The notes: generated from the sequence alone by a model not told the origin. DNA of 64,000 bases from Octopus sinensis (GCF_006345805.1 NC_043014.1:34162001-34226000), one strand, 5' to 3'; positions 38,293 through 53,524 are shown, numbered from the stretch's first letter. Translations and numbers: made by a program.

Positions 38293-39832
38293 CAATTCTA
38301 GTCTACTTGTGCTTAAACACCAAGCAGTGTGATGTTGCAAGTTCTAGCTTATTGGAATCCTTAAATTTTTATAGGTTAGAGTAAACCCGTTTCTTTAATT
38401 CTAACTCAATGTAAATAGCTAAAGAAAAAAAAATGGTTTGCCTCCTCTACATTTAATTATGCCTTTGATACAGCATCTTGGGAACCTGTAACAATGTCAT
38501 ATAAATCATTTAATGTACATAGCTTTGAGGGGTTTGTTGGTTCTTTGCCGTCGTTGTGTCAAGAATTATTAAATTTCAATAGATTGCAAGTATGTTCAAA
38601 CTTTACAATTTGATTAGATAGAGAAAGAGAGAGTAGCGTAAACAATTCAATAAACCTACCTACGCTCTCTTTTACTATCTTTTTTGCTCTTAAATACTAC
38701 AAACGCCTCTAGTGAAAAATTAGGGTTTCATTTAACGCCCAACGTTTTATAAATATATATAATAATAATTATTATTATTATTATTAAAACAATTTAAAAG
38801 TTTAAAAGGTTTGTTGATATTTAGCTTGTACTTCTATGAATAATTTCGAGGTAATTGCACTTCTTGGAAGAAAATAATTGGGTAGATGGTAAGTTGGAAA
38901 GCTAATGTGATTGGATTGCTTGCCTTCTTTCTCTCTATCTCTCAATATTTCATGTAATACACACATACACACACAGAGCATACATCCCGCAGTTTCCTCT
39001 CATTCATTGCACAGGAGCTTCAACATTTCCTGCCACAAGTGGAGGAACAGGACACAAACACATTTCCGGCAGTTTCATACTCAAACTAAAAGTGAATTAT
39101 TGTAAACATAAACCATAAATATTTACACTGAACCAACAATGCTTAAATTACAGATACACAATTTACATGTCTAACAAGACGACAACATCAAACAGGAAGT
39201 GTCATAAAATTAGTAAACAAGACGGATTATGCTTGTGGTGGGGGACAGACAGTAAATGCTCGCTCGCTCACTCTTTTACAAACCCATTAAAAGGGGAAAA
39301 TATATAGCAATATTTTCTGAATAAATTTCTTTATTGTTTATAAACAAATGTTTATCAAGAGGAATTCATTCTCAGTCTCTGGACAGGGAGAGATATTCTA
39401 AGTCTGTTCTCCAAGAAGAAAGGACTGGAGAGGAAGTGGGGAAGAGGGGGGGAATAGAAATATAAACACAAACAAAAATAAAAACAAGCATTATTAAGAG
39501 AAAAGAAAATCACTAGATATATACTTGGCAAACAATAGTTTTTTTTTAAAAAAAAAACAGAGGGAGAGAGAGAAATAAGCAAGTTTTAAATAATAATAAA
39601 TGGAAAACAAACTCAGAAGAAAAGCAAAATAAATATTGAATAAAATATTGGCACATCAATTTTCAATTAGATATATCTTCATAAGTAACCACATGTTGGG
39701 GGAACAGGGGAGTTATTTTGATTATTTCAAACTTTCGAATATTTAAAAAAAATCTTTTTTTATTTGTTATATATATATGTATATTTTGTCATCTCATGAA
39801 AAATAATGAAATATCAAGGATAATAATTAACT

Positions 39833-40275
39833 GTTTCTAATTTAGGCACAAAGCCAGCAATTTCGGGGGAGGGGTTAGTCAATTAAATCGACCCCAATAC
39901 TCAACTGGTACTTTATTTTATCGACCCTAGAGGGATGAAAAGTGAAACTGACCTTGGCAGGATTTGAACTTGGAACGTTATGAGCAGGAAGTGATGCTAT
40001 CATACCTTTTTGTCTGACGCTCTAACAATTCTGCCAATTCACCACCTCTAGTTGATGTAGTCATAGTAATAATGGTTTCAAAATTTGGCACAAGGCCAGC
40101 AATTTTAGGGGGAGGGGGTTAGTCAATTATATCGACCCCACTGCTCAGCTGGTACTTATTTTATTGATCCAAAAGGATGAAAGGTAAAGTTAATGTTGGC
40201 AGAATTTGAACTCAGAATGCAGCATGTCTGTGCTAATTTTTTTTCCCAACACACTGATTCTGCCAGCTAACTGCC

Positions 40276-40280
<5 letters not shown>
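39833..40280 (-). mobile_element. Two tandem family-A SINEs, partly CpG-decayed
   Basis: 'ggcacaa(a/g)gccagcaattt..atcgacccca..gatgaaa..gaatttgaactc' twice. Confidence 0.7.
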
Positions 40281-40314
<34 letters not shown>

Positions 40315-40718
40315 TACAAATACAATTATAATGAAGGAATGGAAAATTCAAATAAACCACAGCCAATGCAAAGAAGGATTGCTGAGCCAGAGTTTTGAGC
40401 ATTAGCTAGGCACTGGCTCAGTAAGTTAATCACCAGATAAGGAGCTATATACAGCATGTTTAGAGTTATGCCTTCTCAGTTGAGTCAGCCATCATATGAG
40501 GGTAGGAGGGGAAAGACCAGGTCAAATCAGGTGAATTGAATGAATATATGAATTTTGTTTTGTTTTTACCCTTATCAAAAAAAAAAAGTGAAATATTACA
40601 ATTTGTTAGGATGGCAGGATGGAATTTCTTGCGAAATTATTTTTAAAAAAAGAAAAAAAAAATGCATACCATTATCTAAAATTAGATTGCAGAAATTAAC
40701 CAAAACTAACCAACCAAT

Positions 40719-40752
<34 letters not shown>

Positions 40753-42520
40753 GCTAGCAGAGCAAGTCAAATTTTATATTCTTTAAAAATAAAATAGGGA
40801 AAAGAGAAACCACTTCTAGGTATTTACTAGAAAGATTGATAAAAGTCTGTTGTAAGCTATTTGAAAAAAAATTCTCAAGCAGCTAAAAAAAGTCCTGTAC
40901 AGGTTTTAGGATTTTAGTGTATGTAACATTTGGTTAATATAAATGAGACTTGTCACATATTACTCACTCAGGTTAAATACATAGTTTCACAACATCAGTC
41001 ACTCTCTCATCCAATTTAAACAAACAAAATCCCCATCTACAAGAGGAAGCACACAGTCATTTGAAAAAGTATAGTATTTTAGGAGTTATTTGTTGTTTAA
41101 GTTTTGTTTTTCTTTTTTTGTCTTTTCTTTTTTTTTTAATATAAATATATTGAAAAATGCAGGTAAAAGATAGGAGGCATACAAGCAGATTAAATTGCTT
41201 GATGAATTAACACTATTATGAAGTTAATAAATGTAACCATGATGAGAGAACTGAGAAGGAGGGGGGAAGAGGAACAGATCTAAGACAATTCATTGTGGCT
41301 CCCACTTGCTGCATTATTCTTTTACAGGTGAGTGGTGAGGGAACAATGGGTGCAGCAGTCGATACCAATCCAAACAATTGCCAAATATTTCCCACAATTC
41401 ACTACTCAGGGTAAAAAAAAAATATGATTTTTTTTGTAATCATAACTATTTTGGAAATCTAATTACAATTTACATCATAAAAAAAAAAATTACAATATTA
41501 CTATTTAGTAGCAACAATCATCACAAAATAAAATTCAAGCCCCTTTTGAAGGATTTCAGAATGATATATCACCTGGCCACAAACAAAAATGTTTTAATAT
41601 TGCAGAACGTTTGTGATGTTTTGTTTGTTTTTGTTTTTATCAAAACCTTAAGTTTTGAACGAAAATAAAAGCATTAGATTTATTTATACCAGGATAAACA
41701 AAACATGTAGCCATTTAGTGTCAAAGAATGTAAAACCAAAAGCTGGTACACTTAGGCACTTTGTAAAAATGTACATTTTAATTTTGGTTTTTATTGACAA
41801 CCTACAAAAGAGGCATGTATTTTGAGGGAGAAAACTGGGAGGTCCAGGCTTTTATCATGAGTATTAGCAATGTAAGTCAATTAGCCTGAATTGAAAACCA
41901 ATACTGCACCAGAGACCTGGTTTACAAGGTGCTCACCTCTTCTTGCTCATCAGCACTCACCACAAATGATATCACTAAACTAGCATCAACTCAAACGAAG
42001 TAAGCGATAAAACCTGAAGTATAAAACAATTACGCATATACTATCCATATACAGCCAACCAGTCAGCAGCAAGTGACTACTAATGAGTAGTGTGTATGTG
42101 AGTGTGTGTGTGTGTGATTAGAAGACAATGACCTCTGTGTAAAAAAAATCAGACAGTAAACAGGACATATTTTACAGAGGCTCCAACAACAATAAAGAGG
42201 TTAAAAAAAAATATAGCTACAAAATAGATATCAGTTCCAGAGAATAGCTAGTATGAAAGTTTTACACGTTCTAAAATGATGTGAGAAATGAGTATGATCA
42301 CTTAGACAGAAACAAAAAAATAGCAGCCTCCAGCATCTAACAATGATGCTTCTTTTGATTTCAGTTTTATCTTATGACAGCATATTTTCTTTTTGTTTTA
42401 TTACTAAGGTATTAGCTGGTTCGTTGAGGTGGGGGCTGTAGGCATGATTTGGGCGAGAGTCACAAGAAAGTAAGGTATCCCAACTCAGAGTTCAGAAACA
42501 AAAAAAGAAAAACTTTAGTG

Positions 42521-42708
42521 TCAACTGAGATCGCAGCGTCTATAAAACAATAAATAAGGAATCCGGTTTAGAACGAATTTCAGGACATGAGTTGGCGATA
42601 CTTGTCTCACGACTCCATCATCATACAGGATCCAGTTGTTGATGCCACAGTGATAAACACAGGTGGTGTAATGTCCTCCTGTTGCATTCTTGCCATGGTG
42701 AAATATAA
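42521..42708 (-). CDS. USP10: USP10 last coding exon (His box)
   Basis: VIFHHGKNATGGHY..WILYDD..PYLLFYRRCDLS*; ttgcAG acceptor, phase 1. Confidence 0.92.
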
Positions 42709-42799
42709 CTGCAAATAGAAAAGAAACCATCAAATATTTGATTTTACAGACACATTTGTAATGTAGTTTTACAACCACTGCTCTGTACTTGCTATGGCT

Positions 42800-43150
42800 A
42801 GCTAAGTTAAGTTAATTTTTTGGCTCAAAAAGCAAGGCCATATAGGGGGACATGGAGTTATGTACAGGGTGGTGTTCATGCAAAGAGTTCAGGCCATTTC
42901 TGGTCAATAGAGACTTTGAACCGAGCGGTCGTCAGCATCTTCACTATCTCGTCCGGCAGCTTATTTCACGGATGGAGAGAGCCCCTCTCCTTCGATTGAG
43001 ATGAAATCGTCGCAGATAGAGCTTTTCGGAGTGACTCCGCAGCCGACGCTCTGGAGCAGGAGTGAAGAATAGCTCTTTCGAGAGGTTACACTTTCCGCTT
43101 ATGATGTTGTGAGCAAGAATGAGATCACCACGGCGGCGGCGTTTTGGAAC
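42800..43150 (-). mobile_element. 3' end of a CR1-like LINE in the last USP10 intron
   Basis: RRRRGDLILAHNII..RLRSHSEKL..RRGA is a CR1-type C-terminus. Confidence 0.75.
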
Positions 43151-44656
43151 CAAGTGTTTTAAGATGGATGTCCATTTCACTACAAGCCACTTAACTTTGG
43201 AGTAGAGAGTGGAATCTGAGATTTTGTTCAATCAGGTAAACTGGGGAAGCAAAGCCAAGTGCTGCTACTTTGCACCAGGACACAAATGGATGTAGCAGCA
43301 ACATTTGAACCACAAAACCAGTTGACTTTCAAGAGACTAATATTTCAGCTCTTTAACTGGCACACCATCGGTTACAAGTACTCCAACTGATCCAATGAAT
43401 AGACCAGCCTTACTCATGAAATTAACATGCAAGTGGCTGAGTACTCCAGACACGCATAGAGATTCAGCATGACACAGAATGTAACAAGACCGACCCTTTG
43501 GATTACAGGTACTAATTTTTTCCAACTGAATGGACTGTAACAACATGAAATAAAGTGTTTTGCTCAAAGACACAATGTGCCTCCAGGGATCAAACTCACA
43601 ACCTTACAACTCTGAGTCGAATACCCCAAATACAAAGCTACGTCTTCACTTATATTTCAGCTCTTATATAGCACTTAATGTGTTTAGCAACAAAAATATT
43701 AACTATTTACAACAGTAATATTAAACACAGTGGATATGAGGCTAAGGTATTGAACTACTGGCTAAAAACTGAAGTTCAGATCCTTCTACTGGAATAAGAA
43801 TTCTGATAGGGTTCTTCCCAAAACTAATACCAAATCAATATAGCATCAAATTACATGCATGCTTTAAAATAAGCATCAAATAATGTATACAAGAATTAGC
43901 AACAAAATCTATCAAAGTTCACCCTATCAGCTTAGAAGATATAATGCTGGTTACAGCTGGAAAGTCCTTTTATCACAAATGTGCTTGATCAGGGTTAAAT
44001 TAGGGTTAAACAAATGAGGAGAAAGGTGGGTAAATTTGATTCCTAAAACTTAAAATCACCCCACTTTTTATTTACATTTTTAATGCCACTTTGCTATGTT
44101 TCAATAAGCCAGTGTAATTTAGTTCCAGATATTAGTTTGACACAAGTCCTACTAAGTGAATACTATAATCAAAGGTGGTATATATTTGCTTTTGTTTATT
44201 TACTTATTCACATTTTGAATTTTTTATCATTATTGTCGATGATGGTATTACTGTCACTGTTGTGGATGTAGCTAAAACAATTTATAACATTTTATTTAGG
44301 TTTTCTTTTTGAAGTTAAAATTTAAATAGGGATCAATGAAAAATAAAAGCTGTACAGATACATCTATCACACCCTCTTCAGCCCCTTTTGCAGTGTTCAT
44401 AAAATTTTTCACCACCATCCAAGGAGCAATACTGCCCACTTGAAGAAGTGCTTTAAAAATAGTGCAAGACATCACATATAAAGTTATTTCATGCTTGGAT
44501 CTAAGACGAATTTTTTTTTCTTTTAGGAAAAAAAAAAAAAATTAACATTTTCAAAATTATTTTACAGCATAAACCAATGGAATGCATATGCTGAACCAAA
44601 GAACTGTTTAGTAAAAAAAAAAAAAAAAAAGATAGAACTAAACAAAAAATATTTAC

Positions 44657-44719
44657 CAGCAGAAAGCTTATAGCTTCTTTGAGCCATCGGGATTCTTGAG
44701 CGAACTGGAGACAACAGTT
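44657..44719 (-). CDS. USP10: USP10 exon
   Basis: (E)LLSPVRSRIPMAQRSYKLSA; AG/GT boundaries, phase 1-1. Confidence 0.85.
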
Positions 44720-46159
44720 CTAAAACAGAACAACAATGATTAATATTCATTTAAAATTAACAGTTCTCATCAGCACATCCCTTATTTGATAAGATAAAAT
44801 TATGACATCCTATATCAACAGCCCCAAATAATATAGATTAGTCGTGATCAAACAATATAGAATAAGACCGACAGAAAAATTCAATACAAACTGAAGTTTT
44901 TCACAATGCAATTCTAGAATTAAAACCAGGTTTGCAATTAAAATACACCAATGAAAACATGGTCAAGAGTTTATTGTGAAGAAATTCAAGCCAAGGCACA
45001 TAGCTACTGCTTCACTTTGCTGACAATGCTACAACTATGATGAATAAGCATATAAACAATTGCTCTCAAAACTATTTTTTTTTAAATACCAACAGGAAAC
45101 ATTGGATGTACAACTAAATTTAGAGAGGCCAAGTGCGTAGGTTGGCCAGTCAAGATGCCAGAAGAGTTTAGCATTATATTCTATCAGTAGTCACAACACT
45201 TTATGCTTGTGTGTATGTTACTGCAGGGTAGGAACAATGCAATCCTAAGTTAGCTGAGAGTGCTATGTTCACTAATTCCTGTGGATATAGAGAACAGGAA
45301 GGGAAATCACTCCAGCACAATCTAGTCTTCACAACCACTTGGATTGGTATTCAAAAACCAATCCAAGTGAAGTTGGTTGAACAACTTTATATATTACCCA
45401 TTAACCTTTTTCTCATCTTCAATCTCATTGTTTCTTTATATTTAATGTCTCAAATACAAAACATTGAAACAAATATCAGTGCTGGCTATAATTTCTATAG
45501 AGTGACTGTAGAGATAACCTGAACAAGTGAAATTTATATGCTGTGTGAGTGTGTGTGTGTGTGTGTTGTCCCTCAGTTGATTGAAATCAATCAGTTGATT
45601 AATTTCACAAGTCACTACAAAATTGAAATACGAATTGAGGGTGCATTTTGTTACATCATTAATCACACACACACACACACACACACACGAAAGTTAGCAA
45701 TTATTGACAAAAAAAAAGGATGATTATCATATGTGCGTGTGTGTGCATTTATCTGTTTACATCAGCATAAGAGCTGCCAATTAAAAACATTTCTTGGCAT
45801 TCTGTTACAGGAATACAAGACGGTATGCACTGTGGGGAGGTAAGCACCAGCTAGTGTGCTTTTACCAATCCAAGAAATTTTAGTTCATTATACAATATAT
45901 TGCAGCAGTGGATAAATACAGGAAAGATGTCTAAACGTTTGATGATGAGACAAGAGTAACTTAATTTTGAAAAACACATATGCTCGCTCAGGTGGTCAAC
46001 AATTTGGCAGTAACAATAGTAAAATAAGTTGCCCATTTTTTCCTGCCATTTTTTTAAAATTTTGGAATCTTTTTTTTTTCAAGAATTCTATTTTTTAATC
46101 TTTTTGGAATCTATTTTGTTTTTTTCTAGTTAATTTTTGTTTATTTTCAGATCATTAAA

Positions 46160-46537
46160 ATGGAATGTCAAGTTAAGAAAAACGAGCATTTTCAACACCT
46201 CATTTTTGTTTTTAATCAAGGTTCTAAGGCTGCAAAAGCTGCTTGCGACGTTTGTGCTGTGTATGGAGAGGGTGCCATAGCTGAGAGAACCACTCATGAT
46301 TGGTATGCCAAGTTCAAAAATAGAAATTTTGACCTCAAAGACACACCTCGTTCTGGCTGTCCAGTTGAGTTCAATGAAGAGCAATTAAACCAACTTTTGC
46401 ACAAAAATTCTCGTCAAACGACAAGGGAACTGACAGAGAAAATGGAATGCTCCCACACTGCTATAGAGAAGCATCTTCACTCGATGGGAAAGGTTCAGAA
46501 GTATGGAGCATGGATTCCACATGCTTTAAATAAATAA
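46160..46537 (+). pseudogene. Truncated mariner (Mos1/SETMAR-type) transposase, N-terminal HTH region
   Basis: AVYGEGAIAERT..WYAKFKN..FDLKD.PRSG.P..QTTREL..HLHSMGKV..GAWIPH; breaks off at the WVPHEL motif. Confidence 0.9.
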
Positions 46538-48317
46538 GCATTACATTTGACAGAGTAATCTGAATGCTAAAAGGGAACTTCTTAACTCTAGGGCAAACTG
46601 AAACTCACTTCATTCTTTAAGCACTTCCCTCCAACTCTGCAGCAGCTATAAAACCTACTAATGATCATGGAAGGTATACACAAACAAGCATGATAGGATT
46701 CTTTCAATTTCTGCCTACCAAATCCATTCACAAGGCATTGGTGATCACAGGGCTATAATAAAAGATACTTGTTAAAGTGCCACACAGTGACACTGATCCT
46801 AAAACCACAATTGGGAAGTAGGCTTCTTACCACACACATGCATGCACACACAGAGGCTGTATAGTCATGATCAGCAGTTTGCATTGTGTTCTTAGATAAA
46901 TGCATCAGATTAATCAAGTTCATTTATATCTGTTAGAAAAGGAATGCAAGAGGAAAGCGATAGCAAACAACTTGATTACACTACAAGAAACCTTTGAATG
47001 TTCCTAGTTCACAAAGTCAAAAGATGAAACATGATAGATAAGCAACTCAACAAATGAATCTTGTTAATACTATTCAGTCACACATAAAGACGGCAACAAT
47101 ACCTATACATACACGGCACAGTTTACAGAAGCAAAGCACAATGAAATGTGATCAGGTCAAAAGTCCAACATGTGTCCATCTCATTTGAATGGAAGACTCA
47201 AAACATTCATCGTTAGGAATTTTATTTAGCAATAAAACCAGCCATATCTGACCCAAATATTCCGTTTTATATTCAAACCAACCAAATCTGACCTCTGATA
47301 TCCACCCTACAATGTCATTCTAAAAATAGAGAATTACATTGTTGAAATCTCAAAGCTTTGAAGTAATGCATAATTAATTCAAAACAATGTGAATAAATAA
47401 GAACTACATTTTATAGAGTAATCTGAATGCTAAAGAGTTGAACCAAGGCTTGTTCAAAAAACAAATATCAATGTACCAACTCAAAAAACAAAAACTTTTA
47501 GTCTTACACCAAGTCAGTCTTCTTTGTACATTGTTAGTTTGATGCTTTGTGGTGACCACTGATGGACTCCCTGGTCACACACCAACTCAGACCTTGGGAT
47601 TGCACTATTCCTTGGTCATGTGTTGTAGTTTGTTTATGAGCCAATAGTAGAGTGCTTGAAACTGGTAATTTTTAAACTATTGTCAAACTTACACCATCAT
47701 CATCATCAACTTCCGCTTTCCATGCTGGCATGGGTTGTGCAAAATACTTAATCCACAAGTTAACCAAGAAGCATTTTTTTAAATGTAACTACAACCTATT
47801 TCCACACCACAGCAACATGGTTAAATAAGGTTGAAATCAGAATTAGTGGCACTAGACATACATAACAAGAAATTGGGATATATCACACAAATTTTGTTTT
47901 AATCCTTTAACATTCAGATGACTTAGATGCTTATTTATTCCCTTTGTTTTCAATTAATCATGCATTATCTCATAGCTTCCAGATTTCAATGATGTTACTG
48001 TTTATTTTTAGACTGACATTATAGGATAGGCGTGAGAGGCTGGATCTCATCAGTTTGAACATAAACCAGGTAGAATATTTGGGCTGGATATAGCCAGTTT
48101 AAATGCTGAATGTAATTTCTTGTACTAGGTTCTTAGAAAAAATAATTACAAAAGTTCTACATGAAAGGACTGATGCCTTTAGAATAATTCTCGTTTGCAC
48201 ACACATTTCAAGACACTTTCAAACTAAATTTTATAATAAACAGGAAAAAATGTTCCTTTTCGTATAGGAATCTCTGTACACTTTAAAAATATAGATAAAA
48301 AATAGTCTCTATATTAC

Positions 48318-48462
48318 CTTTACTAATATCTAGTTCTATTGGGTAATCAATCTTCTTTAAGACCTTCTGGATCCCTCCATTCTTATCATAGATAAAACAT
48401 TTGAAATGTAGAATAAGTACTGGTGGTAGTTCTTCAAGAGTAACTTTTTTGGTTATTTCCAC
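48318..48462 (-). CDS. USP10: USP10 exon
   Basis: [48 protein letters not shown]; canonical splice sites. Confidence 0.92.
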
Positions 48463-49983
48463 CTGAAAAACAAGATGTATTTCTAATATAAAATAACTGA
48501 AATACATACACACTCACCTATATATACATTCATAAACGTGCATATTTACACACAACACATAAGACACACACATGTTAGTATTTAGTGAATACAAATACTT
48601 TTACACGACTTAATATTTCAGTCAAATCTATCTCAGTTTGCCATTTCATTTAATGAGAAACATTTCTAAAAATACATATTTGCAATATCCTGCAAGTGAT
48701 TAGATGCCAGAACATTAACTTTTAAGAGTATTAAAGTGATTCCTCCACTGTGTTGTTTTGTATATAACTTTTTTCATATCCCATTTAAGAGATTTTAGCA
48801 AAGTTGACTTAATCCTTTCATAATACGAGAATGGGGTACACACACACCCCAACAACACAAACCAGAATTACAAAATTTTAAAAATCATATGTGGAACTGT
48901 GTCAATGAGCAGATTTGATACCTCATGTGCTAAGTTTAAAGGGAATTAGTTGGCTATTACATGATGTAATTCTTTTAGTTTCAACATTGTTTCAGATCAA
49001 ATCCCATGCTAAATAAGTACAATTCTGAAACAGATATTACTAGTACTGATATTAAATAAATCCTAACCAATCAACCCCTGTACCTAATTGCTTTTTAGGT
49101 ACAGAGGTATGAAATGGTACTGGGATATGAAATGAATGGAAGTTAACACCAACCACATGATTTGATCTTCGAACTTAAATGACAGAATATTTTATCTGTT
49201 ACTCTACAGTTTTTGCCAGTCCATTGCTTATCAAATCTAGCACCATCAGCACTGTTCTATAAAACTGGTCTCCCTTTTTCCCCACTAAATTTGATTCAAT
49301 CCAACCCCAATCCCTTTTATCTTTAGTATCAAAAAAATGTAGTTTCCACAATAGGTCAATGCAGAAGCCTTAACTCTTTGCCTGTCCTGTATAACACATG
49401 TGGTATACTAAACATATTTCCTTAGCATCTATACTGCCTACTCAACACACTCCCCATTATTTTTCAACCACTAGGACTTATAATAGGAAAGCTTTAAACA
49501 GTACATATGAAACAAGGGTTAACTAAAAGTCTGAAAACAAGCATGGATGTTTAGAACAAACTTAAGAAAATACTTTGGACAAAGGTCAACCTGCTAGACA
49601 TCAACCAAATCTTCCCCAAATCACACTATCTTAAAGAAGGTGAGCATTGATAAAGGCAGTTCCAGTTCAACTATATCAGAGTAGGAGGAATGATCATGGC
49701 TGAAACCACTTGCTTTTGTTTATTAGTATTTTATAACAGACAAAGTGGGGAAATGACAACTTGAATGCCAATAAATAAATCGATGAACTCAATGTTCACA
49801 TTTAACAAAAAAATTAAAATATTATATTTCAATTACAAAGCTAATTAGATACTTAGTCTTTTTTCATTGAAAAAGAAAAAAAAATTGAAAAGCTCAAAAA
49901 ACGTTTTCATTTTGGAATAATTTGGTTCAAATTGTACATGGTTTTGTCCAACAGGATTTTGTAATAAGAAAAGTGCTACCTAC

Positions 49984-50076
49984 CTCTGTATTAGTCTTTG
50001 AGCATGTATAACCATGAACTGCTTCTTTACTTACAAGGCCTTCAAGAGCATCCTTCACATTCCAGACTTTGTCAGA
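49984..50076 (-). CDS. USP10: USP10 exon
   Basis: SDKVWNVKDALEGLVSKEAVHGYTCSKTNTE; phase 0-0. Confidence 0.9.
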
Positions 50077-50792
50077 CTTCAAAATAATAATTATATATAA
50101 ATACATTTTAATCATGTGGAAAATTTGATTTTATAATTGAGCAGATTACAAAAATAAACATTTAGTTAAAATAAAATTGAAAAACAAGACTAAATTAGAT
50201 TTTGAATTTAAGATGTTTCTTTTGAGTTATATTTTTTTAAGTAGCCACACTTGTAAATATCTAACTGTGCCATCATTAACTTCTTAACAAGAACATTTTT
50301 TTACAATTTCCATCCAAAAAAATTTTGAATCTGTATATAAGTACAAAAATTATTTTGGATCGGTTATTTATTATGAAGTTACTGATAGTTAATGAGAATA
50401 ACAACATGAAATAAGTGACAGATACCCCGGAGTACAGTGAAGGTTTATTTTTGTTCAAATATATATTTACTAGACATCTCTGAACAAAAATATACGGAAT
50501 AATATGTAAGGAGGTTAAACAATTGCTTGCAAAAATGAAATTTTCACTATTTTTGTAAGCTACTAGATGGAGAGAAGATTTGAGTAAAGACAGTTTATTT
50601 TTCTTTCAGTTTCAGTCAAAAGATGGCTGATATTTCACCTGAAGTCTTCTTGCATTAACAAAACATCTTTAAAAGATAAGATATTTTTCAAAGTAGATTT
50701 ATAGCACCTAGTATCAGTAACTGCTAAAATTTCCCCTTCAATACCCTCTATCAGAAGAGAAAGGGTATGGGTGTATTATATACAACCCAACA

Positions 50793-50867
<75 letters not shown>

Positions 50868-51065
50868 GGAAGTTGGTTATTATAACAATGAATACTATTG
50901 ATCAGTTATCAAAATTAATAGGGCCCAAACTATTTGCTTAATGTTATCACCCAATTATTGTTCCTGAAAAGGCTTTTTATCTCAATAAGCAGTTTTTACT
51001 GCATTTGTATTTATATATTAATATTACTTATACAGTACAAACTCTTTAGAAAAGAAAATATTTAC

Positions 51066-51191
51066 CTGTATGTCTAACTGCAGTGTGAAGAATGGCTGAA
51101 GTGTGGCAGATTCTTTGGAGGCAACCTGATACACAGCAGACCTCATTTGACCAGCAAATATATCAGAAACACAACTCCTGGTAAAATTGGC
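51066..51191 (-). CDS. USP10: USP10 exon (not in ORF track)
   Basis: [42 protein letters not shown]; phase 0-0. Confidence 0.92.
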
Positions 51192-52482
51192 CTACACAAA
51201 GGGATTACAATGAATAATATTTTGTATTAGAAAATGAAACAGAAAGGTGAGAAAAAAGTCAAATCCCTAGGATATCATTGTTATTTAAAGACTGTAATTT
51301 TTTTTTTTAATCAACAATGTAAGTCACAAGTGAAAGAGATATACTAGTAATATCAACATCTATTGTTTTGTAAATTTGGGCATCTAACAGTAATTGAAGC
51401 CAATGTTTCACCAACCCGATAACATTCCTTCCCAACTCTAATCAAGTAGAGACTTACTGGGCAAACAAAGTTATGCACTTTTACACAGATTAAAGCACTG
51501 GCTATGTAAGAGTTTGAAACAATAACTACAGACCAAAAATAGTGTTTCAAATTCACATATATTGATTATCAAATAAAAAAAAAATACAATTTCTACCTTC
51601 TGAAAATTAACTGACACCATAGATAAAGTTAAGTTTTTTTAAGTTCACTTTTCAATAGAATTATACAGATCAGCAATATTCATGCCACCGACAATCATGA
51701 ATGTACGGTATGTGTTTTGCAGATATGAAGTTCCAGGTTTGATTTCACTACGATACAACTTAGGTAAATGTATCACACTATAATAGCCTTGAGTTGAACA
51801 GCTTGCATGTGTAATTCAGAAACAAAGTGGAAGCCTGTAGAATACTTTTCGAACAGTTCCTTCAGTTGTTCAGCACTAAGCTAGATACTCACTTGTCACT
51901 CTCACCATTAGGAATGCTGTGAATTATTGACTCACTGAAAACCTGAACCCAACAATATAATACCAATTATTACATAAAATGTTTCCATTGCAATAACATG
52001 TAACCACACCAGATAAACATTCTGTACATTCTGACATTTTATAAAGTGAAATTTGGATTTTGCTTTCTAATGAAAAGTTTGAGACATAACTTCAGAAGTA
52101 AATTTGTTATGCAAAACAAAGGAAGATAGACAGACCACTGTATTGTACACATCTGGATGAAATTCAAGCAGTCTTTTGCAATAAATATAATAATGGACTT
52201 CAAGAAGTTGCTCAGGATTACCAACCACTAGAGAACAGAAGAACCCTTCTGTACTTCTGTAACCTCCATGTATCCAGCAACATGACCAGAATGAAAGTTT
52301 TTAAAGTTGCCAATATTTATTTTCACAAAACAGAAGCAATACACTAGTTCATGGGGAAGAACATTTCATCCTTTATCTAATAAAAGAACCCTCCTAGTTA
52401 CTGTACAAAGGACATTACCAAGCTACTGCTAGGGGTCTAATATTTACACAGAGTTTGCTGGTAAGTCAGTATAGTCTTGGAC

Positions 52483-52657
52483 AGCATTTTTCAAATCGTG
52501 GGTCCTGACCATTCAGTGGGTTGTGAGATAAAATGGGTTCCAACAAAAAAGTAAACAAGAACGCAAATGGGTGCAAAGAGCAGAAGACCCAGCGTTTTTG
52601 AAACTGTGGGTCCTGACCCTTCAGTGGGTCATGACAAAAAAGTTTGAAAAATGCTGG
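52483..52657. mobile_element. Small hAT-like MITE with internal duplication
   Basis: CAGCATTTTTCAAA...TTTGAAAAATGCTG termini; degenerate 8-bp TSD gtcttgga/gtctaggg. Confidence 0.6.
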
Positions 52658-52752
52658 TCTAGGGTACAATTCCTTAGTTTCATCTGCTCAGAATAATATT
52701 TAACACAAGTCCAGTATGCAAGTAAACTCAAATGTCATAATAACAATCATAC

Positions 52753-52868
52753 CCTTCGTGTGTAAACTGTCTTGTTTTTCGGTCCAACTTGCTCCCAGTC
52801 ATCATCTGTATTGGCATTCTCATCAGGAAGAAAACCATTTTCCTTGTGTTTTGAATTATGATTCTCAT
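52753..52868 (-). CDS. USP10: USP10 exon (not in ORF track)
   Basis: ..DDDWEQVGPKNKTVYTRR matches the USP10 WEQVGP.NK motif; phase 1-0. Confidence 0.92.
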
Positions 52869-53303
52869 CTGAATTTAAGAGATTTTTAAACATTAAAAAA
52901 AAAAAAAAAATATGATCTACAATATTTCAGAAACATCTTTTGATAATTATTTTTATATTTCTTTTTCCAAACAAACAAGTTGTTTAAGCAAAGCAATTTT
53001 ACATCTGGCTACTCTTACCGATATCCTGCACAACTACTAGATAGAAACGGACTATTGTCAATCAAACTGACAATAACAAGCAGAGGGAATTACATGCTTT
53101 ATTCACAAGCAGAACAGTGGCTGTAATCAGATTTAATGTAACTATACAATCACTAATTCAGTACATCAACTACATAGCTTTAGGATTTCCATTCATATCA
53201 GAGACAACACTTATGCATTACTACCATCACTTTCTTGATTCAACAGATCAAACTATCAATCAACATTGGACTGGCTGTAAGGAAACTCATGGTAGCATGT
53301 TAA

Positions 53304-53524
53304 CCCATTTGTTACTGTATTTATTTTGAGATGTTCTGTGTTTCTTTCAATTATTTTAAATATAACAATGAATTTAGTAAAATAACTTAGTTATCATTCA
53401 GCTAGTGTTAGGAACATAAATTGTGACTAAGGTTTGGTAGAAGATTTTTATTCAAAACTTATGAAAACAAGATCTTTGTACTACAGAGCCAGAGCCGGTT
53501 TTGGCCGGATTGGTATCAAAAGGG
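53304..53524. mobile_element. piggyBac-like MITE in a TTAA site; related TTAA|CCC-type elements at ~47900-48110 and ~57160-57715
   Basis: TTAA|CCCATTTGTTAC ... GGTATCAAAAGGG|TTAA. Confidence 0.7.
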
